Source: Leptospiraceae bacterium (GTDB lineage Bacteria > Spirochaetota > Leptospiria > Leptospirales > Leptonemataceae). From it: a stretch of 64,000 nt of DNA. The translations under genes were made by a program, and so were the position numbers. Below are positions 19,901-28,891 of the stretch, one piece after another (position 1 is the first letter of the stretch; each line of letters begins with the position of its first letter). The DNA lies in assembly GCA_040217195.1 (NCBI GenBank), contig JAVJNR010000004.1:192001-256000 (forward strand). Reading direction: 5' to 3'. Below the pieces are notes generated by a model, which was not told the DNA's origin, searched no databases, and worked only from the letters and a program-made list of their open reading frames with translations.

Positions 19901-20340
19901 ATAATTCTTACATCTCTATATTTATCCGGGGTATCATTCCAAACATAGTAGTCTCTGTCTGGATGCCCTGGAGCCGCCCTACGTGCACGCTGGAACCAGG
20001 GGTGCTGATCTGAGGTATGATTGATAACAAGTTCTGTAATAACTCTCATGCCCATCTCATGGGCCATAGCCAGAAACTCTTTAAAATCCTTCAAGTTTCC
20101 GAAGATTGGATTTACGCTTTTGTAGTCAGCTATGTCATAACCATCGTCTCTTAGCGGAGATGGATAGAAGGGAAGTAACCAGAGTGCCGTAATTCCCAGA
20201 TCCTTCAGATATTCCAGCCGACTCATGAGTCCCGGGAAATCACCAATTCCATCGCCATTCGCATCGCAAAAGGAACGCACATGTAGCTCATAGATGATTG
20301 CATCCATGTACCAACGGTCCGAGTTATCCAGAAGGTTCAA
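16975..20340 (-). CDS. treS: trehalose synthase TreS fused to maltokinase (Pep2/Mak)
   Basis: TreS: DANGDGIGDF, ELVINHTSDQH, RLDAIPYL, AEANQW, LRNHDELTLE. Kinase: FKLYR, HGDLHLGQ, LDYEG, RDVAGM. Start probably TTG at 20340 after AAGGAAGGA (ORF track extends to 20490). Confidence 0.92.
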   Translation of the reverse strand: MNLLDNSDRWYMDAIIYELHVRSFCDANGDGIGDFPGLMSRLEYLKDLGITALWLLPFYPSPLRDDGYDIADYKSVNPIFGNLKDFKEFLAMAHEMGMRVITELVINHTSDQHPWFQRARRAAPGHPDRDYYVWNDTPDKYRDVRIIFQDFENSNWTWDELAGQYYWHRFYSHQPDLNFENPKVQQEVFDVLDFWLDMGVDGMRLDAIPYLYEKEGTSCENLPETHAFLKKLRSHIDGKYRGRMLLAEANQWPEDSVTFFGEGDECNMAFHFPLMPRMFMSVRMEDSFPIIDIVDQTPELPDGCQWAVFLRNHDELTLEMVTDEERDYMVRMYARDPRSRINLGIRRRLAPLLENDRRKVELMHALLFSMPGTPVIYYGDEIGMGDNIFLGDRDSVRTPMQWSPDRNAGFSRTNPQRLFLPVNIDPDYHYESVNVEAQQNSPNSLLWWMKRIISLRKQIPAFSQGTLEFVRCENRKILAFFRELNGQTILVLANLSAQVQYTSLDLSDHSGKLPVEMFSRHTFPRVTQNPYFFSFAPFSFYWFSLENETQHYRGPDEVPEIKLNNLPSLASLLDSQARDLLSPILPDFLRQQDWFPHRTRNIKSARIVRSVHPWADEMGLAIIDVVFSSGEQEYYQTCFQLEEEDQPEELWYGLTLEDIAERVPIVARLTVDDGSKRRFLLRECLGRWEPAQRLLEAALRNKQIRSDGTRLIPELSKEMKSALKGLDLSQAPIPFSSKYNNIVFNFGDRVVFKLYRRMEEGVHPELETGMALTRQSGGGIAAAYGALSYSDNGMEMSAGSFWEYIPSQGTALMFTRDNLESFLRIVPALSYNHPYVDVDEWIQGQRSDMPEVLQESTGNFLVSAQEMGETVAELHSRLRTVDRTEENQDFAVEPFTSHYRRALYQGLRNTLDYSISELRKAMPDLDSTTISLIGALMEFQKPMDKLFQNVKDRNLESGRIRLHGDLHLGQILYTGRGFVVLDYEGSVHRSFSERRIKGSPLRDVAGMSWSFAKESMKVLNGRSFPGLADNQARRWVTIWYNATTTMFLAGYLEHMARTESWDLLPAERHQVQELLDIFLLERGLQSLGYVLPDVKAGRLEPSELESRLRALLMIATQCISL

Positions 20341-20554
20341 TCCTTCCTTCTTGCGGGAATTCCGGGATGATGTATTCCGATCCAAATTGAGAGGCACTCT
20401 GGGTTCCTTATGGCCCACCCGACGGCCAAGAAATAAAAGAGGTTTCGGGATACAGGCTGGGCCTGCGATTGTATAAGCCATCCGGGGCATGGTATGGTCA
20501 AGAGAATTCGAGGATTTGTGTTGACTGTATCCGGAATTGGCCAGAGCTAAAGCT

Positions 20555-23050
20555 ATGTTGCAGCGTCAATCCCTGGTATCTAGTGTTAAATTAAAAGAGC
20601 TTCTGGGCCTGGAACAAAAGCTGGATCCGGAATCTCTGAAACGACATTTTGCCCATCACCTGGAGTACACGGTGGGCAAGTACAAAGAGAATACTCATGC
20701 AATCGACATATACCAGGCTCTTGCCTATACCATCCGTGACAGCTTAATCGACCGATACAATGAAACTCAGGAAGAACTCCAGAAGCGAAAGAGCCGCCGG
20801 GTCTATTATCTGTCCATGGAATTCCTGCTTGGTCGATTGCTTCGAAATAATCTGATCAATCTGGAAGCCCTGGATTATGCACGATCGCTGCTAAAAGAAA
20901 TCGGAGTATCCCTGGAAGATATCGAAGAATGCGAGATGGATGCCGGGCTGGGCAATGGAGGCCTGGGAAGACTGGCTGCATGCTTTATGGAAAGTGCCTC
21001 CACCATGGATCTACCCTGTCAGGGAGCCGGGCTGTACTATAACTACGGAATTTTCAATCAGCGTATTGAACACGGACATCAAAGAGAACTTCCGGATGAC
21101 TGGTTACTGGAGGGAAACCCCTGGACTATTGAAAGACTGGAGCGGACCTATGCGGTGCATTTCTACGGCCGCACCGAAAGCTACAGAAAAGAGGACCGAC
21201 ATCTGGTTCGCTGGATGCCAGGAGAAACAGTTCTGGCCACCGCCAATGACATCCTCATGCCCGGCTATAAAACACATACGGTCAATCCGTTAAGACTATG
21301 GCAGGCCAGAGCCAACAATGAATTCGATTTTACGTACTTTAACCATGGAGACTATGTCCGGGCAGTAGAGGATAAGATTCATTCAGAGAACATTACTCAT
21401 GTTCTTTATCCAAATGAAAACAATCTGCAGGGAAAGGAACTCAGACTGAAGCAGGAGTACTTTCTAGTAAGCGCAACTATCCAGGATGCCATGAGTGACT
21501 TCTTCGATATCGCAGAAAGCATAGAACAGCTTCCTGAAAAAGTATTCTTTCAGTTAAACGATACCCATCCGGCCGTGGGAATTGCTGAGCTAATGCGAAT
21601 CCTGATGGATGGCTATGGACTGGAATTCAAAAAAGCCTGGGAATTGGCCTCAAAATGCTTCGGTTACACGAATCATACGGTAATGCCTGAAGCTCTGGAA
21701 AAATGGGATCTGGAATTATTTGGCCGCATGCTTCCCAGGCACCTGGAAATCATCTATTTGATCAACCATGACTTTATGGAATGGGCAAGAACTCAGGGAG
21801 TTCCGGATCATGAATTGGCGGAACTATCCATCATTGACGAAAGACATCCGAGAAAGGTTCGGATGGCCAACCTGGCAATAGTCGGCTCTGTGGCGGTGAA
21901 CGGCGTTGCAGCCATCCACTCGGAAATCATAAAGAAGGATGTATTCCCTCAATTCGTAAAGATCTTCCCGGAAAGATTTCAAAACAAAACCAATGGAATC
22001 ACGTTCCGACGCTGGCTCATGGGATCCAACCCGGAATTGAATAGTCTGATTACCTCTCGATTGGGACAATCCTGGAAGCAGGATCTGAGCCGTCTTTCCG
22101 AGATAGCCCAACTGGCCGAGGACTCAGAATTTCAGGAAGCTTTCTATAAAGTAAAACTGCAAAACAAAGTAAAACTGGCTCAGATCATCCACCATGAATG
22201 CGGCGTGGAAGTGGACCCGGAAAGTATCTTCGACGCACAAATAAAGAGAATCCATGAATATAAACGACAGCTTTTAAATGCGTTGCGAATCATTGCTGAC
22301 TATCAGACCTTAAAGGATAATCCATCTCTAGATTATTTTCCCAGAACTTTTATCTTTGGAGGTAAGGCGGCTCCAGGCTACCATAGAGCCAAACTAATAG
22401 TAAGACTAATTCATGCCATAGGCGAAAAGGTGAATTCGGATCCGGACATTAAAGGAAGGATCAAAGTTGCCTTTCTGCCCAACTACAGAGTAAGCATGGC
22501 CGAACGCATCTTTCCGGCAACGGATCTATCCGAGCAAATTTCCACCGCAGGCACCGAAGCCTCCGGAACCGGAAATATGAAGTTTATGCTTAACGGAGCT
22601 CTTACCGTTGGAACCCTGGATGGAGCCAACATTGAAATCAAAGATGAAGTAGGTGATGAGAACATTTATATTTTCGGCCGCACTGTAGATGAAATCAATG
22701 ATCTTCGCTCCAGAGGTTATGATCCTGTACATATCTATCAGACGGATCCTCAGCTAAACCGAGTTCTGGAATCGGTCCATAGGAATGAGTTTGCGCCAGA
22801 GGAACCGGGAATCTTTCAGGAATTGTTTCACTCCCTTACCTATGGAGGTGACTATTACTTTCTACTTGAGGATTTTAGATCCTATTTAGAGATTCAAAAG
22901 CATATTGAAGAAGAGTATCGAAATCAAAGCCTGTGGCGTAAGAAGTCCATTCTTAACTGCGCTCGGAGCTCTTTCTTTTCGTCTGACAGAACCATCGATC
23001 AGTACGCAAAAGAAATCTGGAAGCTGGAGAAACTCAAACTGTATGTATAG
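20555..23050 (+). CDS. glgP: glycogen/alpha-glucan phosphorylase
   Basis: YYLSMEFL, GLGNGGLGRLAAC, QLNDTHP, KRIHEYKRQ, EASGTGNMKF; start uncertain (TTG 20537 or ATG 20555). Confidence 0.96.
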   Translation: MLQRQSLVSSVKLKELLGLEQKLDPESLKRHFAHHLEYTVGKYKENTHAIDIYQALAYTIRDSLIDRYNETQEELQKRKSRRVYYLSMEFLLGRLLRNNLINLEALDYARSLLKEIGVSLEDIEECEMDAGLGNGGLGRLAACFMESASTMDLPCQGAGLYYNYGIFNQRIEHGHQRELPDDWLLEGNPWTIERLERTYAVHFYGRTESYRKEDRHLVRWMPGETVLATANDILMPGYKTHTVNPLRLWQARANNEFDFTYFNHGDYVRAVEDKIHSENITHVLYPNENNLQGKELRLKQEYFLVSATIQDAMSDFFDIAESIEQLPEKVFFQLNDTHPAVGIAELMRILMDGYGLEFKKAWELASKCFGYTNHTVMPEALEKWDLELFGRMLPRHLEIIYLINHDFMEWARTQGVPDHELAELSIIDERHPRKVRMANLAIVGSVAVNGVAAIHSEIIKKDVFPQFVKIFPERFQNKTNGITFRRWLMGSNPELNSLITSRLGQSWKQDLSRLSEIAQLAEDSEFQEAFYKVKLQNKVKLAQIIHHECGVEVDPESIFDAQIKRIHEYKRQLLNALRIIADYQTLKDNPSLDYFPRTFIFGGKAAPGYHRAKLIVRLIHAIGEKVNSDPDIKGRIKVAFLPNYRVSMAERIFPATDLSEQISTAGTEASGTGNMKFMLNGALTVGTLDGANIEIKDEVGDENIYIFGRTVDEINDLRSRGYDPVHIYQTDPQLNRVLESVHRNEFAPEEPGIFQELFHSLTYGGDYYFLLEDFRSYLEIQKHIEEEYRNQSLWRKKSILNCARSSFFSSDRTIDQYAKEIWKLEKLKLYV

Positions 23051-23118
23051 ACTCAGTTAAGATTAATGAATGGGCGAAAAGACCGTTGCATCTGCAGCTA
23101 CCAGGGTGATTCTGGACC

Positions 23119-24015
23119 ATGGCCGCTGGGAGTAAACATCGGATTGGCATAGATCTGGGAGGCACCAAGACAGAAGTAGTGCTTCTGGACCAAGATGATA
23201 GTATTGTTCTGCGAAACAGAAAGCCCACTCCTGCAGACCAGGGTTATGAAGCAATACTGAATGTTGTCATTGAATTGATTGAGGAGGCGCGAAAGGCCAG
23301 TGCTGGCAGGCCCACCATCGGTGTTGGAATTCCCGGTATCATTGATTCAGAAACCAACCTTGTACTGAATGCAAATACAACCATAATGATTGGCCATCCT
23401 CTCCAAAAGGACCTGGAGAGCCGGCTAGGTCAATCGGTGCGAATTGAAAACGATGCCAACTGTTTTGCGCTCGCTGAAGCAACCATGGGAGCCGGCCGAG
23501 GATTTGATACAATTTTTGGTGTAATTATGGGAACCGGTTGTGGCGGCGCCATAGTAATCAATGGAGAGCTTCATGCAGGACTTCATGGAATTGCCGGCGA
23601 ATGGGGCCATTTCAGTATCGATCCAGCTGGTCCACAATGCTGGTGTGGAAATCCCGGTTGTATTGAAACCTTGATTTCCGGCGGGGGCCTGCAAAAGCGA
23701 TTCAAAGCGCAGTTCAATGAAAGCAAGACAGTACCCGAGATTGTAGATGGGGCCCGCCAGGGCTTAGATAGAGAAAAGCAATTCTTCGATCGGTTTCTGG
23801 ATGACTTTGGCCGAGCCCTGGGCGGACTGATTTCCATTCTGGATCCGGATGCTGTAATCATGGGCGGTGGGCTTTCCAATCTGGATGAACTATACGGACC
23901 CGGAAGGCAAAGAGTTCTGCATTATACTTTTCACAAGAAGGCTCGAACCCCTATACTTAGAAATGAACTGGGTGACTCCGCCGGTGTATTTGGTGCTGCG
24001 CAACTCTGGAGTTAG
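23119..24015 (+). CDS. ROK family sugar kinase
   Basis: GIDLGGTK, ENDANC, GTGCGG, GEWGH, CWCGNPGCIE; no N-terminal HTH. Confidence 0.9.
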   Translation: MAAGSKHRIGIDLGGTKTEVVLLDQDDSIVLRNRKPTPADQGYEAILNVVIELIEEARKASAGRPTIGVGIPGIIDSETNLVLNANTTIMIGHPLQKDLESRLGQSVRIENDANCFALAEATMGAGRGFDTIFGVIMGTGCGGAIVINGELHAGLHGIAGEWGHFSIDPAGPQCWCGNPGCIETLISGGGLQKRFKAQFNESKTVPEIVDGARQGLDREKQFFDRFLDDFGRALGGLISILDPDAVIMGGGLSNLDELYGPGRQRVLHYTFHKKARTPILRNELGDSAGVFGAAQLWS

Positions 24016-24029
24016 CCTTTGAAAATTCT

Positions 24030-25820
24030 ATGGATCTCCTCTCTGCACTACAAAACCATCCGGAGATAGTTCAGGAAGAAAGCCTGGAGCTTAAAGAGAC
24101 CCATATTTCCAGGGTTCTGGTTGGCCAGAAGCGGGTGTTTAAATTCAAGAAAGCGGTACAGCTGGACTTTGTGGATCAGTCCAGTCTGGAAAAAAGGGTT
24201 CAGCTTTGTTTGCTGGAGTACATGTTAAATTCCAGACTTTCGCCTGAAGTCTATCTGGACATTCAGTTGCTGCATAGTAGAACAAAAGAAGGTAACCCTG
24301 AATTTGTATCCTGGGATGAACTTTCCGAAGACTCCCTGGAGCAGATACGAAAGAAACACATTGAGGCGAATACTTCCTGGCAGGTACACTCGGAAAAACC
24401 AGACTCTTTCGCCTCCAATCAGCCGTACAACTTTCTTCAGGAATCCAGGGCAAGTCATATAATTTCGCGGTGCCGGGATCGCTTCGGTGAACCTCTGGAT
24501 GTATGTGTAGTAATGCAGCATCTGCCTGATTCCCATCGGCTGCAGGAAAGACCCGGACTAACGTCGATAGACATGCAGAACCTTGCATTTCACCTGGCCC
24601 GATTTCATCGCTCCCTACCGGAACAGTTTCCATCTGCAGGATTCTCATCCAGGTTAGATAATGTAATGAACACTCTGCAATCCTTGCAGAAGCTTCGATT
24701 CAAAGAGTCTCTGGATAGACGAATCAAAAGCGAAACGAACCGATTGAAGAAACGTCGCTATCATGAAGTGGATGGACATGGAGATCTAAGACCGGACCAT
24801 ATCTACATTCAGGGCGAGGAGGTATCTATCATCGACTGTGTAGAGTTCAGTCCGGAGATTCGACAGGTTGATCCATTCGAAGACATTGCATTTACAACCA
24901 TGGGCCTTCGACTGGATGGAAGATCCGACCTGGCCCGACAGCTAGCATTGAATTATCTGAGTCTTTTACCGGATGTGAATGGATTCGTACTTCTGGATCT
25001 ATACGAAATCTACCGGGCCTGCGTTCGACTGATGGTGGATCGACTTCAGCTGAAAAGCGCACAAAGCGATGCTGAGAATCCGCATTCCCAAGTACGCAGG
25101 CTAAGAGCCAGGTGCCAGCAATATGAATCCTTGATTGAGGATTTGCTTACAGGACAACAGACCAATCATATTGCGGCAAGCTCCTGGCCTGAATCTACCA
25201 TAATTGTTCTCATGGGCTTACCGGCCACCGGTAAGTCATTAATTGGGCGATTGATACGCAACGATGGTATTCCAGTGCTATCCAGCGACCTGATTCGAAA
25301 GTCCAGAAGCGAAGATTTTAATGAAAGGAATCCCCGTCCTTTTGGCCAGGGAGATTATTCTTCGCACAGAAAGAAAAGAAACTACCAGAAGCTGGTGGCC
25401 GTGTGCGGAAAACTGCAGGAAAAAGAATCGGTTATCTGCCTGGATGCTAGCTTTTCGAAGAGACAGTACAGAGAAATTCTTCTGAAGCACTGCAAGGATT
25501 CCAATTTTCAGGGACAAATATTGTTTCTGGAAACCACCTGCGATGAGCAGACAATCCGAAATCGATTGGATAAAAGAAAAAGGAACCGTGGAGCGTCGGA
25601 CTTAACAGACTTCTCTACCTGGAAGAAAATTGAATCCGGGTTCGAACCTTTGCTATTGAAGCGTGCAGACACAGATCGATCTTCCGAAGATTCCGGCTAT
25701 TCCAATGTGCGTTGCTATCATATTATGCTAGATACATCCGGCGAAAAGCGAACCGAATCCATTGTTTCTGAAATAAGAGAGGGCATCCCGGAGTTTTTTC
25801 AATCAACCTCCAGTCAATAG
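24030..25820 (+). CDS. aminoglycoside-phosphotransferase-like domain fused to P-loop kinase (Rv2004c-like)
   Basis: ETHIS, KFKK, HGDLRPDHI, IIDCVEF; Walker A GLPATGKS; SSDLIRK, LDASF. Confidence 0.82.
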   Translation: MDLLSALQNHPEIVQEESLELKETHISRVLVGQKRVFKFKKAVQLDFVDQSSLEKRVQLCLLEYMLNSRLSPEVYLDIQLLHSRTKEGNPEFVSWDELSEDSLEQIRKKHIEANTSWQVHSEKPDSFASNQPYNFLQESRASHIISRCRDRFGEPLDVCVVMQHLPDSHRLQERPGLTSIDMQNLAFHLARFHRSLPEQFPSAGFSSRLDNVMNTLQSLQKLRFKESLDRRIKSETNRLKKRRYHEVDGHGDLRPDHIYIQGEEVSIIDCVEFSPEIRQVDPFEDIAFTTMGLRLDGRSDLARQLALNYLSLLPDVNGFVLLDLYEIYRACVRLMVDRLQLKSAQSDAENPHSQVRRLRARCQQYESLIEDLLTGQQTNHIAASSWPESTIIVLMGLPATGKSLIGRLIRNDGIPVLSSDLIRKSRSEDFNERNPRPFGQGDYSSHRKKRNYQKLVAVCGKLQEKESVICLDASFSKRQYREILLKHCKDSNFQGQILFLETTCDEQTIRNRLDKRKRNRGASDLTDFSTWKKIESGFEPLLLKRADTDRSSEDSGYSNVRCYHIMLDTSGEKRTESIVSEIREGIPEFFQSTSSQ

Positions 25821-25862
25821 ATGCCAAATAGATGCGACTCAACCGGGGAATAGATGCGACTC
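25816..25862. repeat. short phased direct repeats
   Basis: AATAGATGC at 25816, 25827 and 25849; the last two extend to the identical 14-mer AATAGATGCGACTC. Confidence 0.7.
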
Positions 25863-25947
25863 GGCGCATTAATAATTGGCTTGAATCGGTTAAGACAATC
25901 CGATTGTGGAGTCCCCGGCCGGCTGGCCGAGGATTTCTAAAAAACGG

Positions 25948-26748
25948 TCAGGGCATTTGCTTTCGCGCTTCAGGTATGAATTTCCTCAGATTATCAATTC
26001 TGGTTCCATGGGATGGATGAGTAGAAGCGAATTCCGGTCCTCCACCTCCGCCCTGCTCGGCCATTCTCTGCCAGAAGGCCACGGATGCTTCCGGATCATA
26101 ACCGGCCCGGGCCATGTAGAGTAGTCCAATCTTGTCTGCTTCCGTTTCATGATCCCGACTGAATGGAAGCATGACACCAAACTTTGCTCCCGCACCAAGC
26201 AATCCAAGGACCTTCTGTCGGGCCGCAGGATCCATCTCCGCCATGGAGGCGTTGGCACCCTGCATGACTGTATTGTAGATATCGTTGCTGAACAGTCTCT
26301 GGGCTCCATGCCGCATGGTTGCATGAGCCATCTCATGGCCTATTACCGTTGCCAGTCCCGCTTCATCCTGCGCCACAGGAAGGATTCCGGTGTACACCAC
26401 TATCTTGCCTCCGGGCAGACAGAATGCATTGACCTGATTGTTGCGTACTACGTTCACTTCCCATTCGAAGTCATCTCCACCATCTCCGGTGGTAGGTATT
26501 AGCCGCTGAACCACTCGACGAACCATTTCCACTTCAGGTCCACTGGTCAATACCTCACTTTCAGCCAGTACCTGACGATAGCTTTGCATACCCAGGGATT
26601 CTTCCTGGTCTTCGGATAAACCAATTTTGATCTCTTCTCCGGTTTCTGGATTGGTCCAGGTATCTGCAGAAAAGTACTTCCAGGCGGCCAGCGCCAGAAA
26701 CAGTAACAACGGAAGTATTGCGAACTTCTTCTTTCCCTTCATCCTCAC
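25948..26748 (-). CDS. M48 family metallopeptidase
   Basis: NAFCLPGGKI, HEMAH, FSRDHETEAD, STHP. Confidence 0.92.
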   Translation of the reverse strand: MRMKGKKKFAILPLLLFLALAAWKYFSADTWTNPETGEEIKIGLSEDQEESLGMQSYRQVLAESEVLTSGPEVEMVRRVVQRLIPTTGDGGDDFEWEVNVVRNNQVNAFCLPGGKIVVYTGILPVAQDEAGLATVIGHEMAHATMRHGAQRLFSNDIYNTVMQGANASMAEMDPAARQKVLGLLGAGAKFGVMLPFSRDHETEADKIGLLYMARAGYDPEASVAFWQRMAEQGGGGGPEFASTHPSHGTRIDNLRKFIPEARKQMP

Positions 26749-26851
26749 CCTACCTTTTACGCTGCGTAAACAGAACTACCACGCCGCTTATTTCTAGTGG
26801 GCATAATCTGAAAATGACTTGCAATTCAGGCAAGCGATTATACGAACCTGC

Positions 26852-27763
26852 ATGGTTCAAATATCCAGGAAAATCAGCGAATCAAGTCTATTTCAGAATT
26901 TCATCACAGTGGTGATTCTTCTCACTGCCGTTCTCGTAGGTATCGAAACCTATCCATCCATGATTCAGAAGTACGGAGATTTACTCCATGCACTGGACAA
27001 GGTTATTCTAGCTATATTTGTTATTGAAATCGTAGTTAAGCTAGTTGCTCGATGGCCCAGGCCTCAACTTTTCTTCACAGACTCCTGGAATATCTTTGAT
27101 TTTGCCATTGTAGCTGCCGCCTTTCTGCCCATTGATGCTCAGTACGTTACGGTTCTTCGACTGCTCCGGCTATTGCGAGTTCTGCGATTGGTACGGGCAT
27201 TACCACAGCTTCGGATTCTCGTAACGGCTCTGTTAAAGAGCATTCCTTCTATGTTCTATGTAGGCATCTTTCTGTTTCTATTGTTTTACATCTATGCAGT
27301 GGCATCGGTTTTTCTTTTCTCTGCCAACGATCCTATTCATTTCCGGGATCTACCCCAGGCGTTCATCTCATTGTTTAGGGCCGTAACTCTGGAGGACTGG
27401 ACAGATTTAATGTACATCCAGACCTACGGATGTGATGGCTACGGCTATGATGGCAAAGAACATCTCTGCACCGCCCCCCAGGCATTTCCAGTTCTGAGCC
27501 CTCTATTCTTCATCAGTTTTGTTATGATGGGCACAATGATTGTACTGAACCTGTTCATCGGTGTAATCATGAATGGCATGGATGAAGCGAAAGAGGAAAT
27601 GGAAGCTGAAGGAATTGCAAGCGATGACACTCCCAGTCCGCAGGATGAATGGAAAAAACTGGAGAAAGAAATGAAAGATCTGGAACACAGGATTGGCTCA
27701 ATTCGTAAGGCCATGGCTATCCAGAATGCAAGAGAAGCAGAAAAGAAAGCCCTGGGACGATAG
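26852..27763 (+). CDS. 6-TM voltage-gated cation channel (BacNav-like)
   Basis: WNIFDF, S4 RLLRLLRVLRLVR, filter TLEDWTD, S6 LNLFIGVI, C-terminal coiled coil; ATG 26852 preferred over TTG 26819. Confidence 0.92.
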   Translation: MVQISRKISESSLFQNFITVVILLTAVLVGIETYPSMIQKYGDLLHALDKVILAIFVIEIVVKLVARWPRPQLFFTDSWNIFDFAIVAAAFLPIDAQYVTVLRLLRLLRVLRLVRALPQLRILVTALLKSIPSMFYVGIFLFLLFYIYAVASVFLFSANDPIHFRDLPQAFISLFRAVTLEDWTDLMYIQTYGCDGYGYDGKEHLCTAPQAFPVLSPLFFISFVMMGTMIVLNLFIGVIMNGMDEAKEEMEAEGIASDDTPSPQDEWKKLEKEMKDLEHRIGSIRKAMAIQNAREAEKKALGR

Positions 27764-27925
27764 CTATGTCTGGTCCGGTTCAGCAAAGAGCCGGAGCATT
27801 CAGCCATTCGCTATAGAGGCTTGTTGAATTTCACATGTAACATCCAACGAAGGGGCATTCATCATGGTCTGAAACGGAACCCCTTTTTTTGAGGCAGGAG
27901 GCACCGTTTATTGCGACTATAGAGT

Positions 27926-28786
27926 ATGAAATCTATCCACTTGATTGGTTCTTCTATAATCTTGATTTCCTCATTGCTCCTGCCTGGTTGTTCCGAAGGT
28001 TTCCAACCCGAAGAGCTGATTACAGCCCATAACCGCTCCGCCTGGAACTCCTATGATATAATCCATTTCGATATGGTGCTTTCGTCAAACGGAGAGACCC
28101 GGCTGGAGGCCTCCTTCTGGCTGGATCCTGTTCTTTCCCGAGCCAGAATGCAAACCACCGAAGGAAGCATCGTAGTATTCGATGGCTCTGATTTTTATTC
28201 CGCCGGGCCCGAGCTAAAACGAGCCAGGTTTCATGTACTAACCTGGCCGTACTTTCTTGCTGTGCCCTATAAGCTTGATGATCCAGGAAGCATGCAGGAG
28301 TCTATTGAACCGACGCTTATGGACGGCAAGAAATACCCCGGAATTCGCTTAACCTTTGAATCTGGCGTAGGAGATACACCGGATGATTGGTACATTGTCT
28401 ACCAGGATCCAAGCAGCCGTCGCCTCCACGGTCTGGCCTACATAGTTACATATGGCAAAGATATACAGAAAGCCGAGGCAGATCCTCATGCTATTGTATA
28501 CAGAGACTACCGGGAGTTTTCCGGTATTCCCATTGCAACACACTGGACGTTTCACTCCTGGAATGATCCAGATAGCTTGAAAGCGAATACGGATACCCCT
28601 GAAAGCAGGACCGATAAGAATCCTCCCGTTATACCCACCGAACGATTGATGGAAGCTCATCTAAGCAACATTGCCTTCTATTCGAACGGAAAAGCTTCCA
28701 CGCGAAACGAAGCAGCGCTGCCAGTTCCTCTGGATGAATTGTTTGTAGCTCCAGCCAATGCACGAATAGAGGCAAGACCCGAATAA
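27926..28786 (+). CDS. putative lipoprotein (DUF6503-like)
   Basis: Lipobox-like LLPGC; WPYFLAVPYKL, GVGDTPDDWY. Confidence 0.7.
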   Translation: MKSIHLIGSSIILISSLLLPGCSEGFQPEELITAHNRSAWNSYDIIHFDMVLSSNGETRLEASFWLDPVLSRARMQTTEGSIVVFDGSDFYSAGPELKRARFHVLTWPYFLAVPYKLDDPGSMQESIEPTLMDGKKYPGIRLTFESGVGDTPDDWYIVYQDPSSRRLHGLAYIVTYGKDIQKAEADPHAIVYRDYREFSGIPIATHWTFHSWNDPDSLKANTDTPESRTDKNPPVIPTERLMEAHLSNIAFYSNGKASTRNEAALPVPLDELFVAPANARIEARPE

Positions 28787-28787
28787 T

Positions 28788-28818
28788 AAAAAAAGCCGAC
28801 CCATAATGAGTCGGCTTT
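28788..28818 (-). terminator. intrinsic terminator, probably bidirectional
   Basis: AAAGCCGAC...GTCGGCTTT stem preceded by an A run, between convergent genes. Confidence 0.75.
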
Positions 28819-28891
28819 AAGTTCCGGGAATACACCCAGCGAGCCGCTATTCGACTACTGGTTTCACGCCCGGTTCGATGGCCTGCCTGGA

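Noticed and set aside
24030..25820. Antibiotic resistance phosphotransferase
   Set aside because: Architecture matches the widespread APH-like/P-loop fusion family, not APH resistance enzymes.
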